From Macrostomum lignano (lineage: Eukaryota), in contig NIVC01004072.1 in the NCBI GenBank assembly GCA_002269645.1, positions 1-61,776 on the forward strand: 61,776 nucleotides of DNA. The letters are read 5' to 3'. Position 1 is the first letter of the stretch; each line of letters opens with the position of its first letter. Below are positions 55,287 through 61,776 of this stretch, piece after piece. The translations under genes and the position numbers were made by a program. The notes under the pieces were generated by a model. The model was not told the origin of the DNA. It saw nothing but the letters and a program-made list of their open reading frames with translations, and searched no databases.

Positions 55287-55287
55287 G
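55220..55287. repeat. (ATT)n microsatellite
   Basis: Uninterrupted ATT run. Confidence 0.95.
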
Positions 55288-55729
55288 TTTCCATCTGCAC
55301 TTTTTGCCGTCACATAAGCCCAGCTTATTTAGTCATCGCAGGCCCAAATTTGATACTATAATAACTACTCAGTAGCCAGATTGATGATAAAATTGTAGAT
55401 ACTCATTTCTCACATTCGTTTTCGTCCTCTTTTGAAATTTGTTTTTCCCCTATAACCCATATTCGTTCTTGCGTCATCCTCCCCGACTACCTGCTCTGGT
55501 GGGAAAATTTTTATTTATGCACAATTAATTAACTTTGATAATCACTGATAATTAGGAGTAGAATAAATAAATAATAGTGCAGTGTGTCTGCACTCTACCC
55601 AGATTTTTTTAGTTCTTAACACCTGCAGCTGCAGATCTATCTACCCTCTTACTATTGCAAATTCTACCTGTGTTGCTCTTGTTTTCTACTTGATTTCATG
55701 TTCTTCACTGTCTATTTACCTACTGCATT

Positions 55730-56170
55730 GAGTGGCAGCCCACTGATACACTGGAGAGAGTGGAGTGGCAGCCCACTGATACACTGGGCAAAGTGGAGTG
55801 GCAGCCCACTGATACACTGGGTAGAGTGGCAGCCCACTGATCGATACAGTGGACAGTGATGGCAGCCACTGATCGATACAGTGGGCAGAGTGGTAGCCCA
55901 CTGATACACTGGGCAGAGTGGAGTGGCAGCCCACTGATACACTGGAGAGAGTGGAGTGGCAGCCCACTGATACACTGGGCAAAGTGGAGTGGCAGCCCAC
56001 TGATACACTGGGTAGAGTGGCAGCCCACTGATCGATACACTGGACAGTGGTGGCAGCCACTGATCGATACAGTGGGCAGATTGGCAGCCCACTGATCGAT
56101 ACACTAGGCAGAGTGCCAGCCCACTGATTCACTGGGCAAAGTGGCAGCCTACTGATACACTGGGCAGAGT
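55730..56170. repeat. Degenerate minisatellite (core GAGTGGCAGCCCACTGATACACTGG)
   Basis: Repeated units, with a ~33-bp period common. Confidence 0.9.
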
Positions 56171-57511
56171 GGCAGCTTCAGGCCAATGCCAGCACCGCCC
56201 TATCCCCAGAGTTGCTGCAGCACTATGCCACAGGCTACAGAGAGCTACATGTGGTACTACAAAAATTCAAGATCGAACACCAAAAACGTGAGAGCTGCGC
56301 AGTATCGCTTGGCCCCATTTTAGGTTATAAATTTAGCACGGCTGAATCTCAGCTGCAATTTGCATAGTCTAAATCGGTGCGGAGGACCGCCTTACTAACA
56401 TTTCTTCTCTACTGGAATCGCTAGTTAGTTTCACGTATTTTTAGCAACCTGCAGCGCCAAGTTTGTGCGGCTGTGCGAATCGATTTCGCCGAAACAGCAG
56501 CATAGTGTCTCGCACCTCTTCAATTCAGGTGTTCCATTATTTAATTAGGTTCCGAAAATCCCCATCTACTGAATTTACCCTGAGGCACAGGAACAGAGCC
56601 TGACGAACAGTTCGTTCTGCTTAAAAAGCATAATTATATTTTAATTTTTAACAAACAAATCATTCGCAGGCGGTGGCTATAATCCTTAACTGGATAAACA
56701 AGAGATAAGCAATATAATGTGTTGCGCCAGGTTCTCATGGGACATTGGGATGACGGAGGAGCAATGTTATTCAATCAGAGCTGCCAGTGCAATGCCATCA
56801 TCTCGTATATCGAGAGAAACTGTTATTATTTGCCTAGCAATATTCATTTTTGTTTTGACAACACCGACGCTTTATAAACCTGTTACTGGGGATCTGCACA
56901 CGCGTGGAATATAATATTATTTAGCAAATAATGAAGCAAACAATGCCGCTTAAGACATGCTTGGGCGTTTACGGCACCCCGAGAATGTAACGCGATTATT
57001 AAAAGTACACAAAGTACGCGCAAACAAAATGATAACAGTGAGGCACGTTCGGACGGGCGGGCGGACGAAAGAAAGCAATCAAAGAGTAAATATAATATAG
57101 AGTTAATTTATCGTTTAGCACTGAGCGAGCGGCGGACAACTAATTATTATAGTAGGGGTAAATACAGCGCTGGGAGCTGTCTGTATGTCTGTCAAAATAG
57201 TGAAAAAATAGCGCTGTCCAAAAACTTCAATTCACTGAAATGTACCGTGCTGGCCTAGACATCAATTAACAATGGATAATAAAAGACAGGTGAGTGCGGT
57301 CACTAAAAAAATAACAAGCCTGACTGACGCAGGTACTCCGGTAGGGGAAGGGGGACTGGGCGGCATCTCAAACAAGAGTGACGAGCTAACCATTTTTTAC
57401 ACAACAGCGAAGGCACGACAAGTCGACAAATTAGTAGACAAGTCGAGATGCCTGCGTTGAACAAGTTTGTCTGCAGAGCGGCAGCAGAGGTAGAGAAGTG
57501 TGCATCAGCGG

Positions 57512-60500
57512 TCACTTGCTGCCGATCTTGCCCAGCTGCTGGCTGTCCGACTCTTCCTGGTCGGAGTCGTCTAGGTCAATCGAACGGGTCGCCGCCGCTG
57601 CTACCACAGCGGCTGGCACCGCGGCGGCGGCGGCGGCTACGCTTGAGACGGCTGGACCAGCTGATGAAGCTACGGAGGCTGCGCCGCCGACGACCTCCCC
57701 GCTATCCTGATCAACAACCTCGCTGAGGTTCAGGCGGCCGGCCTCGATGGCTTGGTAGGTGGCCTCGGCCATCTTGCCGGCCGTCAGCAGGCCCTTGGCG
57801 TGCTGCTTGGACCGGAAGTGCTTTGCCAGGTGGCCCGGCACCCGGAAGTTGCGCGGGCACACCAGGCAGGCGAACGGGCGCGGATTGTCGCTGATGTCGC
57901 CGATGCCGGGCGCGGCCGAGTCGGCGACCGAAGCGGTGGCCACCTCGGCTGCCAGAGCGCCAGTATCGCTGGCGAACTGGTGCGTCTTCAGGTGCAGCGA
58001 CAGCTGGCTGGGCTGGTCGAAGGTGCACTTGCACTCCGGGCACTGCGGCCGGCCGCCCGTGGACGTCACGGCTGTGGCTGCCGCGGTGGCCGCTGCTACT
58101 GCGGCGGCTGCGGCGGTGGCGGCGGCGTCGCCGGCAACGCTGCTGATACCGACGGCGGCCGAGGTGGCGGCCTGGCTGCTGCTGGCGTGCGCGGGCCGGT
58201 CATTCTGCAGGCTGGCCATCGGGTCCGAGGCGGCATCTCCGGCCGCTTCCTCGTTATCGTCCTCGTCGGCGTCTTCGACGGATTGACGCGATGACGAACC
58301 GGCGGTGGCGGATTCGTTGGCGGCGTCAGCAGCCGCGTTGGCACCGTCCCGAGCTGGCGAAGCTCTGCGACCGTCGGGTCCGCCCGCCCCGTTGGCTCCG
58401 TTGGCATCGTCGAAGCGGATCTTCCTCAGCTTGTCCGGGATGGCCGACGCAGTGGAGGCGGCCGCTTTGTCCGCCAGCTGCAGCTGCGTCTTGCCTGCGG
58501 ATGATGGCGAATGCTGGCTAGTGAACTTCTTGGGTGGGATGAATCTACTTTTTACCTAGTTAATTTTCAATGGGAAATCGCAGCAAAAATTGAAACGTGC
58601 TGAGCTATTCTCAGTCCTGCGACATGACCCATGTTGGGGATCCGGGATCAAGGCCCTCGAGGTGTCAAGGGGATCAACTGACCTCCCCCCACAAACGGAC
58701 CCGCCGCTTGCATCTGACTCTCCGCAGCCTGACCTGAGCTGAGGTTGAGCGGCCGATCCTGCACCAGCAGCGACACGTTGACGTTGGGCGGCACCAGGCC
58801 GGAGGAGGTCGCTGAAGATTCGATGGAGGTGGCGGCAGAGGCGGCGGCATCGGTTGTAGCCGAAGACGTGGAGTCCAGCAGCTTCTTGACATCCTGGGAG
58901 GACTTGTTCAAATGCGACAGCAGAGCGGCGGCGTCGCTGCCGGGGTTGCCGGCGGTCGATTTCTCCTCTTGTCGGCGGCGCTCGGCAGCGGTGATCTGGT
59001 TGAGGTTGTGTTGCACCTTGTCCTTCAGCGACTTGTTGTACGTAGACACCATCTGCTTGGCGGACGTCTCCACGCTGTCGTCCACTGCGACTTCGCGGCA
59101 GCTGAGGCCGAGTCATCCTCGTCGCCGGAATCGTCCCCGTCTGGCACGCCCTCGTCATCGTTCAAGTCCTCCTCGTTCAGCTGGCCCTCCTTGATAAGCT
59201 TCTGCTGCGCTTTCAGGGCCGCCTGGTCCACCTGGCTGTTCTCCTCGATCTCGGTGGGCACGGAGTCCTTGCTCATGCCGAGGTTCAGGCAGCGAATCTG
59301 TCGGTGGGTTTTGGGGGTTTTGCCGCTGAAATGAACTCAGGATCTAGTTCTAACACAAGGTTTGTCTGGAAGGGATCTGCATCCCATCCTAACATCTCTG
59401 ATCCCATCCTGATCCGGGATCTGAATCCCATCCTAACATAACATCTCTGATCCCCATCCTGATCCGGGATCTGCATCTCATCCTAACATCTCTGATCCCC
59501 ATCCTGATCCGGGATCTGCATTCTATCCAACATCTCCGATCCCCATCCTGATCTGTGATCCAAAAATACCGGATGTTATTTTTGCGCACAATTAATTCTA
59601 TCACCAAATAAAAGTACTAATCAAAGAACTGCTAAAGGCAGACAGGCAGCAAACAGTGCAATTCTATGCACACAGCGTGGGCGTGACATCAGAATTTCAG
59701 ATCCTTGATTTTAGGCCGGTCGGGCGATAAGCAAGATGGGCAACGTTTGCTAAATTAATTTTTTTATCCTGGTGCAGGTGAGAAAATGTCGATGAGCTTC
59801 ATAACTTCTCTCAACTCAAGCCTGGCCGCATCCGTGATTTACCTCCATCCAGTCTGCTAGTCATCGAATCGAGTTCATGCAGCGCAAACTTTGTATTTTA
59901 GCCAGATTGGAATCGCTGCTCTTTTCGGCACGTCTGCCAGCTTCTTTTATTAATAATTCAGGTAGACAGGCGCACTTTATTTCGAAGGCTGTTGGAGAAA
60001 TCCGTGATATTCACTAATTAAAAGGCATCTCGTGCGGAGACGGACTTAAAGGAAAATAAAGGGCACTGTGATCTTTTTGTGCAACTTGTAACTTCCTATC
60101 ATAAGACCAAAAAGGCGGCAAATTTCTTTGGGATTTCAGCGTTCAATCAAATCGAGCCTCTCTGGGGTACCAAAATCCTATTGACTAATGGGAAACAATA
60201 GGATACAATAAAAAAAGAAGCTTAGCGCGCACCATATGCTGCTTGGACTTCATATGCTTGGTCAGATTCCCTTTGGTTTTAAAGGAGAACTTGCAGTGCC
60301 GGCACAGGAACGGGCGAATCTCGGCGTGCGTCCTGATGTGCTTTCTCAGCATGCTGGGCTTCGTGCAGCGGATGCCGCACATCTCGCACTTGTACTTGCC
60401 CCGGCCGCGGCCTCTCACGTACACCTCGCCTTCGTTCGGCGACAGCAGGCCGCCTTTGAAGATTCGAACCTCGGCGTGCGGCTTCGAGGCTGTGGTTGAA

Positions 60501-61620
60501 GTGGTACTGACAACAGCGCCGGCTGACGCGGAACTGGACGTCGGCAAGGTGGCGATGAGGCTGTGGGCGGCCGACTGCGGCTGCTGCACCTGGCTCGACA
60601 TGTTAACCAGGCCGACAACGCTGAGCCGCCTACTTGGTACAACAGCCGGCGAGGACAGGCTGGCGGTAGTGCAGCAGTAGGTTTCATCGGTGGTGAAGCG
60701 CAACCTGGCTTGCTGCTCCTGCTGCTGCTGCTGCTGCTCGCCAAAGTCTGTACGCTGCTTCTTCACCGTACCGTTGCCGATGCCATTCTCCTCCTCGGCC
60801 TGTTTGTGCCGAGCTGAGCGACCGTTTGAGTATGTGACTCTTGAGAATAGCTTTCACGCCTCCGCTAGGCGGCCTGTCGCAGTCCAGGCTGAGCGCCTGC
60901 CTGAACTGACCGTGCGGCGGCGGTGACTCCAAATCAACTGAGCTGCTCTTGCCCAGCAGTTCCAGCTTTGGCGGCTTCCGCTTCTGCTGGCTGCCGGCAC
61001 CGCCGCCGCCGCCCGATGCACCGCCTAAATCGAGGGACTTGGACAGAAGCAGCGGCTTGCCAACAGTCGACCGCGGCGCTATGAAGGTCGGCTCGCCTGT
61101 TAGAGAGAGAAATCAAGGCGATCTGAAAACTTTCGATTTTAACGTCTTAATCACTAATATTGCTCTTACCAGCGGCGCGGCCGGCTGGCTGGCTATAGTC
61201 TGCACCAGCTGCTGCTGCCCCAACTCGTCGCGGCAGCGTCACAGGCTTTGAATGCGCAAACTCTTCGAGTCTAACGGCACTGACTGCATAGGCAGCTTCT
61301 GCTCAGCTGATTGCTGCATTATTTGAATAGTGCGCTGCTGTTGCTGCTGCTGAGTTTGCTGTTTGCAGCTGTTGTTGCAGTTGCTGCTGCAGCTGCCTCG
61401 CTCAACACCTGCTCTGGTTAGCCTGCACCTGCTCGCTCGCTCGCATCAACAGCTGAAGGCCCGCGCCGCTACCGGTTGAAGCGGCCGCCTGCTGCCGGCT
61501 GGCCATGCTCCAGTATGGTCTGGCGCGCGCCGGCCTGCATCTCCTGGCTGCTGCGCGCGCTGGCCACTGCCGCCGCCACCGCACCGCTGCCGACTTCGGC
61601 CCGGAGAGGTGCCGCCTGAA
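57512..61620 (-). CDS. shn: Schnurri/HIVEP-family zinc-finger transcription factor, 3' exons (gene continues beyond the window)
   Basis: ZAS signature [32 protein letters not shown]...[16 protein letters not shown], followed by an acidic tract and C-terminal C2H2 fingers (CPECKC...HLKTH, CLVC...HFRSKQH). Apparent frameshift near 59090. Internal exon boundaries are only approximate. Confidence 0.88.
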
Positions 61621-61776
61621 TTGAGGAAATTATGGAAAAGCCGAATCATTAATTGAGAACTGATCTCTACTGACCCTTCAGTCAGTCAGTCGGGAACTGA
61701 TCCCTACTGATCCTTCAGTCAGTCAGTGGGAACTGATCCCTACTGATCCTTCAGTCAGTCAGTGGGGCTGATCCCT

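Noticed and set aside
57448-61649. Numerous plus-strand and alternative-frame ORFs
   Set aside because: GC-rich shadow ORFs of the schnurri-like coding sequence.

Overview
Eukaryotic (animal) genomic DNA. The GC-rich spliced host genes and minisatellite-filled introns suggest a flatworm such as Macrostomum, but that assignment is inference. The first 24 kb hold a nested pair of Polinton/Maverick-type elements inside an intron of a minus-strand CHID1-like gene. OUTER element (942-24134): AGTAGT...ACTACT ends, ~100-bp TIRs, 6-bp TSD GATGTG. It encodes rve-chromo integrase, A32-like ATPase, major and minor capsid proteins, adenain-like protease, PLA2-like protein, core-like proteins, dUTPase, a TBP-like protein and a probable SSB. 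It has no recognisable protein-primed PolB, only a probable N-terminal relic. INNER element (14540-22994): ACTACT...AGTAGT ends, 1.2-1.35-kb TIRs, 6-bp TSD GACGAG. It sits inside the MCP gene and encodes only a 7-exon pPolB plus a tandem-PC4 protein, with no integrase or capsid. Removing it restores an in-frame ~440-aa MCP. The two elements have complementary gene sets, which suggests a polymerase-only satellite or a bipartite Polinton system. The rest of the window contains CHID1 upstream exons, TIR elements, a broken Merlin/IS1595-like transposase, an hnRNP F/H-like qRRM-RS gene, a SINE, pyruvate kinase, a schnurri/HIVEP-like gene and many tandem arrays. Several 1-nt homopolymer deletions in conserved host exons suggest residual long-read assembly errors.
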